Positions 48,640-58,547 of a stretch of 64,000 bases of DNA are shown piece after piece. The first letter of the stretch is position 1. The number at the start of each line of letters is the position of its first letter. The translations under genes were made by a program, and so were the position numbers. A model generated the notes under the pieces. That model was not told where the DNA came from and did no database searches. It saw only the letters and a program-made list of their open reading frames with translations. The stretch covers positions 6,861-70,860 of the forward strand of contig JAGHUH010000007.1 of the NCBI GenBank assembly GCA_018064925.1, read 5' to 3'. The stretch is from Candidatus Cacconaster stercorequi. Its GTDB lineage: Bacteria; Bacillota; Clostridia; Oscillospirales; Oscillospiraceae.

Positions 48640-48667
48640 TTGACAAACCGGAAAAGTTTCCTATAAT
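48640..48667 (+). promoter_or_regulatory. sigma-A promoter
   Basis: TTGACA-N16-TATAAT; two more TTGACA at 48616 and 48627. Confidence 0.75.
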
Positions 48668-48669
48668 GT

Positions 48670-48699
48670 AGTACACAGGTGTCAAGACACCTGTGTACT
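48670..48699. promoter_or_regulatory. NiaR-type operator palindrome
   Basis: AGTACACAGGTGTC-AA-GACACCTGTGTACT over the predicted +1, next to niaR. Confidence 0.7.
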
Positions 48700-48727
48700 T
48701 TCTTTTTTTGTAGATAAGGAGTGAATT

Positions 48728-49834
48728 ATGGAAAAAATTCGCGAATTTCTGAAGCGGAAAAACATCGTATTTTCTGCCAAGCGCTATTTTATTGACGCAC
48801 TGGGTGCCATGGCGCAGGGTCTGTTCTGCACGCTGCTGGTTGGCACCATCCTCAACACCATCGGTCAGCAGTTCCACATCGGATTTCTGAATGCCGTGAT
48901 CGTCACATTGGGTACCGGTGAGGGTGCTGTTGCCTACACCATCGGCGGACTGTGCTCGGCCATGGTGGGACCCGGCATGGCTGTGGCCATCGGCCGGGCA
49001 CTGGAGGCACCTCCCCTGGTGCTGTTCTCTCTGATCCCCGTGGGCTTTGCCACCAATGCCATGGGCGGCGCAGGCGGCCCGCTTGCCGTGTTCTTTGTGG
49101 CGCTGCTGGCCAGCGAGGTGGGCAAGGCCATCAGCAAGGAAACCAAAATCGACCTGCTGGTGACGCCCATCGTCACCGTACTGATCGGCATCGGTTTTGC
49201 CGCGCTGGTAGCCGCCCCCATCGGCACCGCCGCCACCGCCGTGGGCAAATTCATCATGTGGGCTACCGAGCTGCAGCCCTTCTGGATGGGTATTCTGGTA
49301 TCCGTTCTGGTGGGTATTGCCCTGACGCTTCCCATCTCCTCCGCCGCCATCTGCGCGGCATTCGGTCTGACCGGTCTGGCCGGCGGCGCCGCTGTGGCGG
49401 GCTGCTGCGCCCAAATGGTGGGCTTTGCCGTGATGAGCTTCCGGGAAAACCGCTGGGGCGGTCTGGTGGCACAGGGCATCGGCACCAGTATGCTGCAGAT
49501 GGGCAACATCGTCCGCAATGTTCGCATCTGGATCCCCCCCACGCTGGCTGCCGCCGTCACCGGCCCCATTGCCACTTGCCTGTTCCATTTAGAGATGAAC
49601 GGTGCCGCCGTGTCCTCCGGTATGGGCACCTGCGGTCTGGTGGGACAGATCGGCGTATATACCGGTTGGGTGGCCGATGTGGCCAGCGGCGCCAAGGCCG
49701 CCATCACCGGCATGGATTGGCTGGGGTTGATACTGATCTCCTTCGTCCTGCCCGCCGTGCTGACCTGGCTGTTCGCCATCCCCCTGCGCAAGTGCGGCTG
49801 GATCAAAGAGGGCGATCTGAAGCTGGATCTGTAA
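48728..49834 (+). CDS. PTS EIIC-like membrane protein, candidate niacin transporter
   Basis: about 10 TM; MAQGLF.TLL.G, LPISSAA, GTSMLQ, SGMGT.GLVG. Confidence 0.75.
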   Translation: MEKIREFLKRKNIVFSAKRYFIDALGAMAQGLFCTLLVGTILNTIGQQFHIGFLNAVIVTLGTGEGAVAYTIGGLCSAMVGPGMAVAIGRALEAPPLVLFSLIPVGFATNAMGGAGGPLAVFFVALLASEVGKAISKETKIDLLVTPIVTVLIGIGFAALVAAPIGTAATAVGKFIMWATELQPFWMGILVSVLVGIALTLPISSAAICAAFGLTGLAGGAAVAGCCAQMVGFAVMSFRENRWGGLVAQGIGTSMLQMGNIVRNVRIWIPPTLAAAVTGPIATCLFHLEMNGAAVSSGMGTCGLVGQIGVYTGWVADVASGAKAAITGMDWLGLILISFVLPAVLTWLFAIPLRKCGWIKEGDLKLDL

Positions 49835-49845
49835 TCCTTCCCAAC

Positions 49846-49880
49846 AAAAGCACCGTGGAGAAAATTCACGGTGCTTTTCT
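49846..49880 (+). terminator. terminator
   Basis: AAAAGCACCGTG...CACGGTGCTTTT. Confidence 0.75.
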
Positions 49881-49997
49881 ATGTTTTTGGCAATTCATTG
49901 GCAGATTTTACAAAAATATTTACGAACGGCGCATAACCGCTTGCATTGTAATTTATATATGCTATAATCAACATATGCCGGAAAAGAGGTGATTGGT

Positions 49998-50360
49998 TTG
50001 GCACGACCCCAAAGAAGTCGGCGCGTCTGCAAAGAGCCCGTGTTTGACAGCTTCGCACCGTCCGACCCCCAGCAGCACGACTGCGTTTCGCTGACTATTG
50101 ACGAGTACGAGGTGTTGCGGCTGGTGGACTATGAAAAGCGCACCCATGAACAGTGCGCCGCCGTGATGGATATTTCCCGCAGCACCGTGACGGAGATCTA
50201 CGAAAGCGCTCGCTACAAGCTGGCTGACTGCGTGATCAACGGAAAGTGCCTTTCCATCAGTGGAGGCAACTACCGTTTGTGTGACGGCTCTGCCGTTTCC
50301 TACTGCGGCAAGGATTGCCGCAAGGCCCCGGTATTGTCCTGCGATGACCGGGCGATGTAA
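49998..50360 (+). CDS. DUF134 family putative regulator
   Basis: ARP...R.V, DEYEVLRLVD, ISRSTV..IYESAR.K.A, I.GGNY; start (TTG 49998 or GTG 49989) uncertain. Confidence 0.85.
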   Translation: MARPQRSRRVCKEPVFDSFAPSDPQQHDCVSLTIDEYEVLRLVDYEKRTHEQCAAVMDISRSTVTEIYESARYKLADCVINGKCLSISGGNYRLCDGSAVSYCGKDCRKAPVLSCDDRAM

Positions 50361-50424
50361 TTTCGCTCTGCCAAATGCAAGGCAACCCACAACATAAGAA
50401 CTTAAAAAATGGAGGAATACAACA

Positions 50425-51585
50425 ATGCACATTACAAATGACATTCGTTACATCGGTGTCAACGATCATCAGATCGACCTGTTTGAGGGCCAGTACATCG
50501 TGCCCGAGGGCATGGCCTACAACTCCTATGTCATCATGGACGAGAAGATCGCCGTGATGGATACGGTGGATCAGAACTTCACCGACGAGTGGCTGGGCAA
50601 TCTGGCCGCCGTTCTGGGCGACAGAATGCCCGACTATCTGGTGGTGCAGCACATGGAGCCGGATCACTCCGCCAACATCACCCAGTTTATGGCCAAGTAC
50701 CCCAACGCCGTGGTGGTATCCTCCGCTAAGGCATTCACCATGATGAAGAACTTCTTCGGCGTGGATTTCGCCGACCGCCGCATCGTTGTGGGCGAGGGTG
50801 ACACCCTTTCCTTGGGCAAGCACACCCTGACCTTCGTCACCGCGCCCATGGTGCACTGGCCCGAGGTCATTATGACCTATGATAATCTGGACAAGGTGCT
50901 GTTCTCCGCCGACGCTTTCGGCAAGTTCGGTGCGCTGGATGTCGAGGAGGACGAGTGGGCCTGCGAGGCACGCCGCTACTACTTCGGCATCGTGGGCAAG
51001 TACGGTGCACAGGTGCAGGCTCTGCTGAAGAAGGCCGCCGCACTGGATATCCAGATCATCTGCCCCCTGCATGGCCCCGTGCTGACCGAGGATCTCGGCT
51101 ACTATCTGAACCTGTACAATATCTGGTCCTCCTACGGCGTGGAGAGCGAGGGCATTATGATCGCCTACGCTTCCGTCTACGGCAACACCAAGAAGGCCGC
51201 CGAGCTGCTGGCTGAAAAGCTGGAGGCCAAGGGCTGCCCCAAGGTCGTGCTCAACGATCTGGCTCGCGCCGATATGGCCGAGGTGGTGGAGGATGCGTTC
51301 CGCTATGGCAAGCTGGTGCTGGCATCCGTCACCTATAACGGCGATGTGTTCCCCTTCATGAAGGAATTCATCAACCATCTGACCGAGCGCGGCATCCGCA
51401 ACAAGACCATCGGTCTGATGGAAAACGGCTCCTGGGGTCCCGTTGCCGCAAGAGTCATGAAAAATATGCTGGACGGCTGCAAGAACCTGACCTTCACCGA
51501 CACCACCGTTAAGATCATGTCCGCCCTGAACGAAGCCAGCACCGCACAGATTGACGCGCTGGCTGATGAGCTCATGGCCGAGTAA
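50425..51585 (+). CDS. fprA: flavodiiron protein (FprA type A flavoprotein)
   Basis: HMEPDHS, HWPE, SADAFG, PLHG, flavodoxin YASVYGNT. Confidence 0.93.
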   Translation: MHITNDIRYIGVNDHQIDLFEGQYIVPEGMAYNSYVIMDEKIAVMDTVDQNFTDEWLGNLAAVLGDRMPDYLVVQHMEPDHSANITQFMAKYPNAVVVSSAKAFTMMKNFFGVDFADRRIVVGEGDTLSLGKHTLTFVTAPMVHWPEVIMTYDNLDKVLFSADAFGKFGALDVEEDEWACEARRYYFGIVGKYGAQVQALLKKAAALDIQIICPLHGPVLTEDLGYYLNLYNIWSSYGVESEGIMIAYASVYGNTKKAAELLAEKLEAKGCPKVVLNDLARADMAEVVEDAFRYGKLVLASVTYNGDVFPFMKEFINHLTERGIRNKTIGLMENGSWGPVAARVMKNMLDGCKNLTFTDTTVKIMSALNEASTAQIDALADELMAE

Positions 51586-51627
51586 TCTCAAAATATCTGC
51601 ATTATTGAAAAAGAAAGGAATCCTATT

Positions 51628-52002
51628 ATGGAAATGAAGTTTTACAGATGCGCCCATTGCGGCCAGATCATTGCCATCGTAAATGAGACCGGTGTTCCCG
51701 TCGTCTGCTGCGGTGAACCCATGCAGGAGCTGATCGCCGGTACCACCGACGCTGCCGTGGAAAAGCATGTCCCCGTTTATGAGGTCGCCGACGGCAAGGT
51801 CACCGTGAAGGTTGGCTCCGTGACCCATCCCATGGTGGACAATCACTACATCGAGTGGATCGCCGTGCAGACCACTTCCGGTATCCAGTTCAAGAAGCTC
51901 GCTCCCAACATGGAGCCTCAGGCCTGCTTCGCTCTGTGCCAGGGCGACGAGGTCGTGGCCGTTTACGCTTACTGCAATCTGCACTCTCTGTGGAAGGCGT
52001 AA
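51628..52002 (+). CDS. dfx: desulfoferrodoxin / superoxide reductase
   Basis: CAHCG...CCG, EKHVP, HPM..H.IEWI, YCNLH. Confidence 0.93.
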   Translation: MEMKFYRCAHCGQIIAIVNETGVPVVCCGEPMQELIAGTTDAAVEKHVPVYEVADGKVTVKVGSVTHPMVDNHYIEWIAVQTTSGIQFKKLAPNMEPQACFALCQGDEVVAVYAYCNLHSLWKA

Positions 52003-52062
52003 TTGCCTCTCTCCCCTTTCGCGTTGAGCGGTGATGAGGGCTGACTGCATCGGCTTTACAAA

Positions 52063-52113
52063 CAAAAAAGAAATCCCCGAAAGCACCATGATGCTTTCGG
52101 GGATTTGCTTTTT
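52063..52113. terminator. bidirectional terminator
   Basis: AAATCCCCGAAAGCA...TGCTTTCGGGGATTT with A/T tracts. Confidence 0.8.
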
Positions 52114-52343
52114 TAATCAACGATATCAACAGAAACCTTCACGCCGGTGCGCTGGGCATAAGAGCGTACCACGGTACGAATCTCCTTGGCAATGCGGCCC
52201 TGACGGCCGATGACCTTGCCCATATCCTCGGGTGCCACGCGCAGCTCCGGCGTCAGCTCATCGCCGTTTTCCACTTCCGTCACAGTCACCTGATCCGGGT
52301 GTTCCACAAGGCTTCTGGCGATATAGAGCAGCAATTCCTTCAT
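52113..52343 (-). CDS. khpA: KH-domain RNA-binding protein KhpA
   Basis: LVEHPD.V, DMGKVIGRQGRIA. Confidence 0.92.
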   Translation of the reverse strand: MKELLLYIARSLVEHPDQVTVTEVENGDELTPELRVAPEDMGKVIGRQGRIAKEIRTVVRSYAQRTGVKVSVDIVD

Positions 52344-52352
52344 GGCAATTCC

Positions 52353-52592
52353 TTACAGTACGTCGACCTTCTTCAGCAGAGCGCGGACGGTCTCGGTGGG
52401 CTGTGCACCGGTCTTGATCCACTCGCGGGCACGGTCAGCGTCGATCTTGATCTCGGCGGGGCTGACGCAGGGATTGTAGGAACCGATCTCCTCGATGAAA
52501 CGGCCGTCACGGGGATAGCGGGAATCAGCGACGACAACGCGATAGTAAGGAGCCTTCTTGGCGCCCATGCGGCGCAGACGAATCTTAACCAT
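52353..52592 (-). CDS. rpsP: 30S ribosomal protein S16
   Basis: [34 protein letters not shown]. Confidence 0.98.
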   Translation of the reverse strand: MVKIRLRRMGAKKAPYYRVVVADSRYPRDGRFIEEIGSYNPCVSPAEIKIDADRAREWIKTGAQPTETVRALLKKVDVL

Positions 52593-52662
52593 AATATTTT
52601 TCCTCCAAAAATTAAAAATTTGTTTTTTTCTATCTCATAAATGCATCACGCACTTATTGACC

Positions 52663-54042
52663 TTATTTAAACCGCTTCTTGCGGCCAAAGCCGTGCATAT
52701 TACGGCCGCCGCCCATGCCGCCCATCAGGTTGCCCAGACCGCGCATTTTGCCCTTCGTCATGGCTTTTGTCATCTGCTGGAGCATCTCAAAGGATTTCAG
52801 CAGACGGTTCACATCCACTACCTGCAGACCGCAGCCGGCTGCAATGCGGCGCTTGCGGCTGGCGTTGAGCACCTGAGGATTTTCGCGCTCCAGCGGTGTC
52901 ATGGACTGAATGATGGCCTTCTGATGGGCCAATTGCTTTTCGTCGATCTGGCTGGGATCAAAGTTCTTCGCCATGCCGCCGGGCAGCATCCCCGCGATCT
53001 GGCTGAAATCGCCCATATTCTGCAGCTGCTCCATCTGATCCAGATAATCCGTCAGCGTCAGGCGGTTTTTCTTGATCTTTTCCTCCAGCTTTTTGGCCTG
53101 CTTCTCGTCATACTGCTGCTCGGCCTTTTCGATGAAGGTCAGCATATCGCCCATGCCCAGAATGCGGGAGGCCATGCGGTCGGGGTGGAACACCTCGATC
53201 ATGTCCAGCTTTTCGCCGGTACCCACAAACTTGATGGGCTTACCGGTGGTGGCGCGGATACTCAATGCCGCACCGCCTCGTGCGTCGCCGTCCAGCTTGG
53301 TCAGCAGCACGCCGTCGATGCCCAGTGCCTCGTCAAAGGCGGACGCCGCGTTCACCGCGTCCTGACCGGTCATGGCGTCCACTACCAGCAAAATCTCATT
53401 GGGGGTCACGGTGCGCTTGATGGACTTCAGCTCGTCCATCAACGCCTCGTCGATATGCAGACGGCCGGCAGTATCCAGAAATACCATGTCGTGGCCGTGG
53501 TCACGGGCGTATTTGATCGCTTCTTCGGCAATATGTACCGGGTCGGCCTGTCCCATCTCGAAAACGGGGATGTCCAGCTGCTTGCCCACCACCTGCAGCT
53601 GCGTGATGGCGGCAGGACGGTACACATCGCAGGCCACCAGCAGCGGGCGCTTGCCATACTGCCGGCGCATCAGACCCGCCAGCTTGGCACCATTGGTGGT
53701 TTTACCGGCACCTTGCAGACCCACCATCATCACCACGGTGGGACCCTTGCTGGCGGAGGCCAGCTTCACGCTGGTGCCGCCCATCAGCGCGGTCAGTTCC
53801 TCGTTGACGATCTTGATGATCTGCTGGGCAGGTGTCAGGCTGTCCAGCACATCGCTGCCGACGCAGCGCTGCGTGACCTGGGCAATGAAGTCCTTGACCA
53901 CCTTGTAGCTGACATCGGCCTCCAGCAGTGCCAGACGCACCTCGCGCAGGCCGAACTTGACATCATCCTCGGTGAGGCGACCCTTGCCGCGCAGGCGCTT
54001 AAATGTGTCATTCAGTTTTTCGGAAAGTCCCTCGAATGCCAT
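52663..54042 (-). CDS. ffh: signal recognition particle protein Ffh
   Basis: GLQGAGKTT, DTAGR, TKLDGDARGG, M domain. Confidence 0.98.
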   Translation of the reverse strand: MAFEGLSEKLNDTFKRLRGKGRLTEDDVKFGLREVRLALLEADVSYKVVKDFIAQVTQRCVGSDVLDSLTPAQQIIKIVNEELTALMGGTSVKLASASKGPTVVMMVGLQGAGKTTNGAKLAGLMRRQYGKRPLLVACDVYRPAAITQLQVVGKQLDIPVFEMGQADPVHIAEEAIKYARDHGHDMVFLDTAGRLHIDEALMDELKSIKRTVTPNEILLVVDAMTGQDAVNAASAFDEALGIDGVLLTKLDGDARGGAALSIRATTGKPIKFVGTGEKLDMIEVFHPDRMASRILGMGDMLTFIEKAEQQYDEKQAKKLEEKIKKNRLTLTDYLDQMEQLQNMGDFSQIAGMLPGGMAKNFDPSQIDEKQLAHQKAIIQSMTPLERENPQVLNASRKRRIAAGCGLQVVDVNRLLKSFEMLQQMTKAMTKGKMRGLGNLMGGMGGGRNMHGFGRKKRFK

Positions 54043-54046
54043 TGCG

Positions 54047-54412
54047 TTACTCCTTCATGGCGGCTACGCCCTCGACGATCCGGTCAGCCAGAGCATCCAG
54101 CTCCGGATTTTCGTACTGGCGATAGTTGATGGTCTTGATCTCGGCGGCAGCCTCCTCGATGGCGGCGAGCTTCTCACGCATCACCATAAAGCGGCGGATC
54201 AGCCCGGTCTTGTCCTCGATCTCCTGCATGGCGCCCTCGGCCCGGACGATCACATCCCGGACACCCTGACGGGAGATGCCGTAATTCTCGGCGATCTCGG
54301 CAAGAGACAGATCCTCGTTATAATAGAGGTCAAAGAACTCCTTCTGCCGTTCGGTGAGGATCTCACCGTAAAAATCGAACAGCATGGTCATGCGATAAGT
54401 CTGGTTTTTCAC
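54047..54412 (-). CDS. ylxM: YlxM family protein
   Basis: FDFYG..LT.RQ...YY..DLSL.EIA....ISRQGV. Confidence 0.92.
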   Translation of the reverse strand: MKNQTYRMTMLFDFYGEILTERQKEFFDLYYNEDLSLAEIAENYGISRQGVRDVIVRAEGAMQEIEDKTGLIRRFMVMREKLAAIEEAAAEIKTINYRQYENPELDALADRIVEGVAAMKE

Positions 54413-54562
54413 GGAAATTTCCCCTTTCTGTAAAGTTATACGCCTTTACAACGAAAACTATGATACACGATATTCACAAAAAAGTCAAGGCGGATTTGGT
54501 CGTTTGAGCAAAATTTTTCCTCAATTTTTATAAAAAATGTGCAGGAATTGCTCCCGCACATT

Positions 54563-55342
54563 TTATTCTTCATTTTTTTCCGCTTCTTCCGCCTGCAGCT
54601 CGGCTTTGGCCTCCGCCAGTACCTTGCGGTCATGCTTGCCGGTGAGCTTGGATTCATCAAACTGCGCCCACAGATCGGGCCGGCGGCGATAGGTGCGCTT
54701 ATAGCTCTCCTTGGTGCGCCAGTCGTCCACCGCGCCGTGATTGCCGCTGAGCAGGATGGGCGGCACCTTACGCCCGTGCCACTCCTCCGGGCGGGAATAC
54801 TGGGGATACTCTAACAGGCCGTTCCAATGGCTCTCCTCCGTGTAGCAGCTCTCCTCCGGCAGTACCCCCGGCACCATGCGGCACAGGCAGTCCGCCACCG
54901 CCATGGCCGGGATCTCGCCGCCGGTCAGCACAAAGTCGCCCAGCGACAACTCCTCGTCCACACATTCGTCAATGAAACGCTGGTCAATGCCCTCATAGTG
55001 ACCGCACACCAAAATCAAGCGGTCATAGTCCGCCTTTAATTGCTTGGCTACCTGCTGGTCAAAGGTGCGGCCGCAGGGGGACATATAAATGGTATGCACC
55101 CGCTCCCCCGCCTCGTCACAGATATGCTGCCAACAGCGGTACAGCGGGTCGGCCTGCATCACCGCACCCCGGCCGCCGCCGTAGGGGTAATCATCCACCT
55201 GCATCTGCTTGTTGGTGGTGTAGTCCCGGATCTGGTGGGTCTCGATCTTCACATAGCCGCGCTCCTGCGCCCGACCGATAATGGACTGATCCATCATGGC
55301 GTGGATGGCATCAGGAAACAGCGTCATAATATCAATTCTCAT
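54563..55342 (-). CDS. trmD: tRNA (guanine-37-N1)-methyltransferase
   Basis: TLFP, VDD.PYGGG, CGHYEGID.R, GDFVLTGGE, LEYPQY.RP. Confidence 0.97.
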   Translation of the reverse strand: MRIDIMTLFPDAIHAMMDQSIIGRAQERGYVKIETHQIRDYTTNKQMQVDDYPYGGGRGAVMQADPLYRCWQHICDEAGERVHTIYMSPCGRTFDQQVAKQLKADYDRLILVCGHYEGIDQRFIDECVDEELSLGDFVLTGGEIPAMAVADCLCRMVPGVLPEESCYTEESHWNGLLEYPQYSRPEEWHGRKVPPILLSGNHGAVDDWRTKESYKRTYRRRPDLWAQFDESKLTGKHDRKVLAEAKAELQAEEAEKNEE

Positions 55343-55841
55343 CGGTGGCCAGTCCTTTCATCATGTGGATATACATGGCGTTCTGATCCAGCGCCACCCG
55401 GTCAACGAACACACCCCGTACCGCGGGAATGAGATACTCATGGGCACCGCCCCGCACCTCATACACCTTGTGGGCAGGATAGTTCAGCACGCGGTTGATC
55501 TGCCCCAGCGCCTCGTTTGTGGCGGCGTCATATACCGTCATGCCCTGCAGCTCCGCGTCCAGATATTCGCCCTCGTCCAGTTCGATATCGTCCCGAGCCA
55601 CGGAGACCTCCTTGCCCTTCAGCGCCAGCGCCGCGTTCATATCCTCCACGCCGGGCAGCGTCAAAAGCACGGTGGACTTATGCACACGGGCATGAAGCAC
55701 CTCCGTCTTTTTGCCGGCGATGTAGATGGTATCAAATTCCGCGATAAATTCCGGATCAAAGCCGTGGGGATTGAGTTTTACCTCGCCGCGGATGCCGTGG
55801 GCGTTGACGATCTGCCCCACAGGAATAAACTCTACACGCAT
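55332..55841 (-). CDS. rimM: ribosome maturation factor RimM
   Basis: VGQIVNAHGIRGEVK, EGEY...L.G..V, LIPA. Confidence 0.93.
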   Translation of the reverse strand: MRVEFIPVGQIVNAHGIRGEVKLNPHGFDPEFIAEFDTIYIAGKKTEVLHARVHKSTVLLTLPGVEDMNAALALKGKEVSVARDDIELDEGEYLDAELQGMTVYDAATNEALGQINRVLNYPAHKVYEVRGGAHEYLIPAVRGVFVDRVALDQNAMYIHMMKGLATDEN

Positions 55842-56074
55842 AAGAACACTCCTTCTTTTGCGAAAAATTGTGATATTTATAATAGTATAGCACAAAATCA
55901 TGCGGCTTTTCAATAGGAATTGTCCCCTCTCCGCACTGTTCCGTGATGTTGTATCTGCATGTAACTTTCTGTAACACTCTTTCGTCACTTTCCATTTTCT
56001 GTAAATTCTTCCGTATGTAATTCGACGAATTTAGCGTGTAAGTGGTGTTAAAATACCAGAAAGTAGGCAAAAAC

Positions 56075-56103
56075 TTGACACGAGTGGGGATATATGATAT
56101 ACT
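56075..56103 (+). promoter_or_regulatory. sigma-A promoter with extended -10
   Basis: TTGACA, 17-nt spacer ending in TGA, then TATACT. Confidence 0.7.
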
Positions 56104-56199
56104 TCCATCACATTCCGATAAAAGTGACAATTGTTACAAAATAGTACACATTGGTGTAACACAGCACTTTTCCCCCTCGCAGCGAACTATGGAGGTTCT

Positions 56200-57210
56200 A
56201 TGAAGCATTCAACTTACAGGGCATTGCCCCGGCTGTATCTCGTACTGCTGGCGGCATTGCTGGTCTTATCCTTATCCGTCACCATGGCTCCGGCCGCCAC
56301 CGCGCCGGATCATATTTACGCACTGAAAAACGGTAACGCCGTGCAGTTCGTCGGCCGCACCGGCAATCTCATCTATGAGGACAGCGGTTTCTATATCCAC
56401 TCCGCCGCCAACAAGGAACCGCAGGTGGTTCTGCGCAAAGAGCAGGAGGTCACACTCCACACTCACAACGGCACACTGACCGCCGTATCCCGATTGGAAA
56501 CTGTGACCAATCTGCTGCGCCGGCTGCATATCGCAGTGGACGCTGACGACATGATCATCTTTGACATGACCGCCAAAAACATCGACATCACGCTGGATCA
56601 TGAAATCGCACTGAAGCGCGATTTGGCGGTAGACACCACCTATGACCGCCGGCGCGTTGCCAATCCCCTGCTCTATCAGGGCGAGGAACGCGTAAAGCAG
56701 AAGGGCAAGGCCGGCACCATCATCGAAACCTACGAGGACATCTATCGCATGGGGTCGCTCGCCGAGAGTCAGCTCATCAAGCGCACCAATGACAACGCTG
56801 TGACCGAGATCGTGGAATACGGCACCCGCGTGGACGAAGTGAATAGCGACGCCTATATCACCGATGTTCACACCAACAGCGACGGCTCCGGCTACCTGAC
56901 CTTCAATAACGGCGAAACCATGACCTTCTCCTGTGTGACCGACTGCACCGCCACTGCCTACTCCGGCGGCTGGGGCACGGCCTCCGGTATGTCACTGGGC
57001 AACGGCACCGTGGCAGTGGATACCTCCGTGTTCCCCTTCGGCACGCGGTTCTATATTCAGGCATCCGACGGCTCCTGGGTATACGGCATGGGCACCGCCA
57101 AGGATACCGGCTCCGCCATTAAGGACCACAAGATCGACCTGTGGTTCAGCAGCTATACCACCTCCTGCCAGTGGGGCGTGCGTGACTGCACCGTGTATGT
57201 TCTGGACTGA
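56200..57210 (+). CDS. G5 and 3D domain cell-wall protein (YabE-like)
   Basis: signal peptide, G5-like GEE.V.QKG..G, 3D domain ATAY..TASG..VAVD..DTG..IDL. Confidence 0.85.
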   Translation: MKHSTYRALPRLYLVLLAALLVLSLSVTMAPAATAPDHIYALKNGNAVQFVGRTGNLIYEDSGFYIHSAANKEPQVVLRKEQEVTLHTHNGTLTAVSRLETVTNLLRRLHIAVDADDMIIFDMTAKNIDITLDHEIALKRDLAVDTTYDRRRVANPLLYQGEERVKQKGKAGTIIETYEDIYRMGSLAESQLIKRTNDNAVTEIVEYGTRVDEVNSDAYITDVHTNSDGSGYLTFNNGETMTFSCVTDCTATAYSGGWGTASGMSLGNGTVAVDTSVFPFGTRFYIQASDGSWVYGMGTAKDTGSAIKDHKIDLWFSSYTTSCQWGVRDCTVYVLD

Positions 57211-57259
57211 CGCCTAAATGCGCAAAGACCTCTGTTTCCATAGGAAGCAGAGGTCTTTT

Positions 57260-58192
57260 TTATTCTTCAATCAAAGGGCAGTCCCGCAGCAGTTCCTCCG
57301 CCGCGGCGCGGTAAACGCCGACGCTCTGTGCCTTGCGGATGCGCTTGAGATACTCCTCCGTACCGGAGAAGCTGCCGGACAGATAGTTCCACAGCTCCCG
57401 CATCCGATGCAGCACCGGCTTGTCGCCGCTGAGCCGCCGGCCGTATTCCTCCAGCAGCACATCATGGAGCGCCGTAAGTTCGCCGCGCGTGGCAGGCGCG
57501 CCGCCGCGCATCTGGCGGATCAGACCCGGACGAGCCATCAATCCCCGTCCCAGCATCACCGTGTCGCAGGCGGTAAATTGCGTCATATCGGATACCGTTT
57601 GCAGATCGCCGTTGTAGACCAGCGGCAGAGTCGTATGCTCCGCCGTCCAGAAAAACACCTCTCGGTGGGCGGTGCCGGTATAAAATTCCTTCTGCACTCT
57701 GGGATGGACGATCAGCTCCGAGATGGGATATTGGTTGTAGATCGCCAAAAGGCCCGGCCACTCCTCCGGTGACAGCTTGCCGATGCGGGTCTTTACGGAG
57801 ATCTGCATTTCCGGCAGGGCGGAAAAAATCTGCTCCAGACAAGCGTTCAGCACCTCCGGATACGCCAGCATCCCCGCGCCCTTGCGCTTGGCCGTCACCG
57901 TGCCGCTGGGACAGCCCAAGTTGAAATTCACTTCCCGGTATCCCATGTCCTGCAGCTCCCGCGCCGCCCAGATGAAATGCTCCGCGCAGTTGGTCAAAAT
58001 CTGCGGCACCACATACAGCCCCTCGTTGTGCCGCAGCTCATCCAACTCCTTCGTCTGGAAGCGGCAGGTGGCATTGGGGGAGAGAAAGGGCGTGAAATAC
58101 TTGTCCGCGCCGCCGAAAATCTCATGGTGCGCACGGCGCCAGATGTAGGTGGTCAATCCCTCCATGGGGGCGGCGTAGCATTTATTCGCCAT
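57260..58192 (-). CDS. tRNA-dihydrouridine synthase family protein
   Basis: APMEG, NLGCPS, SVKTR.G, VHPR, YNGD, MLGRG. Confidence 0.9.
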   Translation of the reverse strand: MANKCYAAPMEGLTTYIWRRAHHEIFGGADKYFTPFLSPNATCRFQTKELDELRHNEGLYVVPQILTNCAEHFIWAARELQDMGYREVNFNLGCPSGTVTAKRKGAGMLAYPEVLNACLEQIFSALPEMQISVKTRIGKLSPEEWPGLLAIYNQYPISELIVHPRVQKEFYTGTAHREVFFWTAEHTTLPLVYNGDLQTVSDMTQFTACDTVMLGRGLMARPGLIRQMRGGAPATRGELTALHDVLLEEYGRRLSGDKPVLHRMRELWNYLSGSFSGTEEYLKRIRKAQSVGVYRAAAEELLRDCPLIEE

Positions 58193-58538
58193 CGTAAAAC
58201 ACTCCTTCCAGACAGCGCTCCCATGTCGCGCCGGCAATGGGAGTATAGGGGATCTCCGCCAGATGCGGCAACACGATACCGATCCCTTCCGGCGCAGCGA
58301 TCAACTGTTCCTTTTGCCCTCGCGTCAGCTTCTTTTTGATGCCATATTCTAGCCGCGCGGCATCCGTTTTGTCCTCGGCGCGCCACACCGCCTCCAGCGC
58401 AACAGGCGGATGGGCGCGGGTATATTTGGCGCCGCCGGGCAGTCTGCCTGCGTGACAGCGCATCCGATGCACCAAGTCCGGCGTGATACCGGTATAAAGT
58501 GTATCTCCTTTACAGCGCAGGATATATACATAGTACAT
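58182..58538 (-). CDS. GIY-YIG nuclease family protein (UPF0213)
   Basis: YYVYILRC...LYTGIT....R...H...GAKYTR, LE..IKK. Confidence 0.88.
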   Translation of the reverse strand: MYYVYILRCKGDTLYTGITPDLVHRMRCHAGRLPGGAKYTRAHPPVALEAVWRAEDKTDAARLEYGIKKKLTRGQKEQLIAAPEGIGIVLPHLAEIPYTPIAGATWERCLEGVFYDGE

Positions 58539-58547
58539 GGCGTTCCC

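Noticed and set aside
58182-58538. GIY-YIG protein as a mobile homing endonuclease
   Set aside because: Short stand-alone UPF0213-type protein with host codon usage inside a housekeeping operon.
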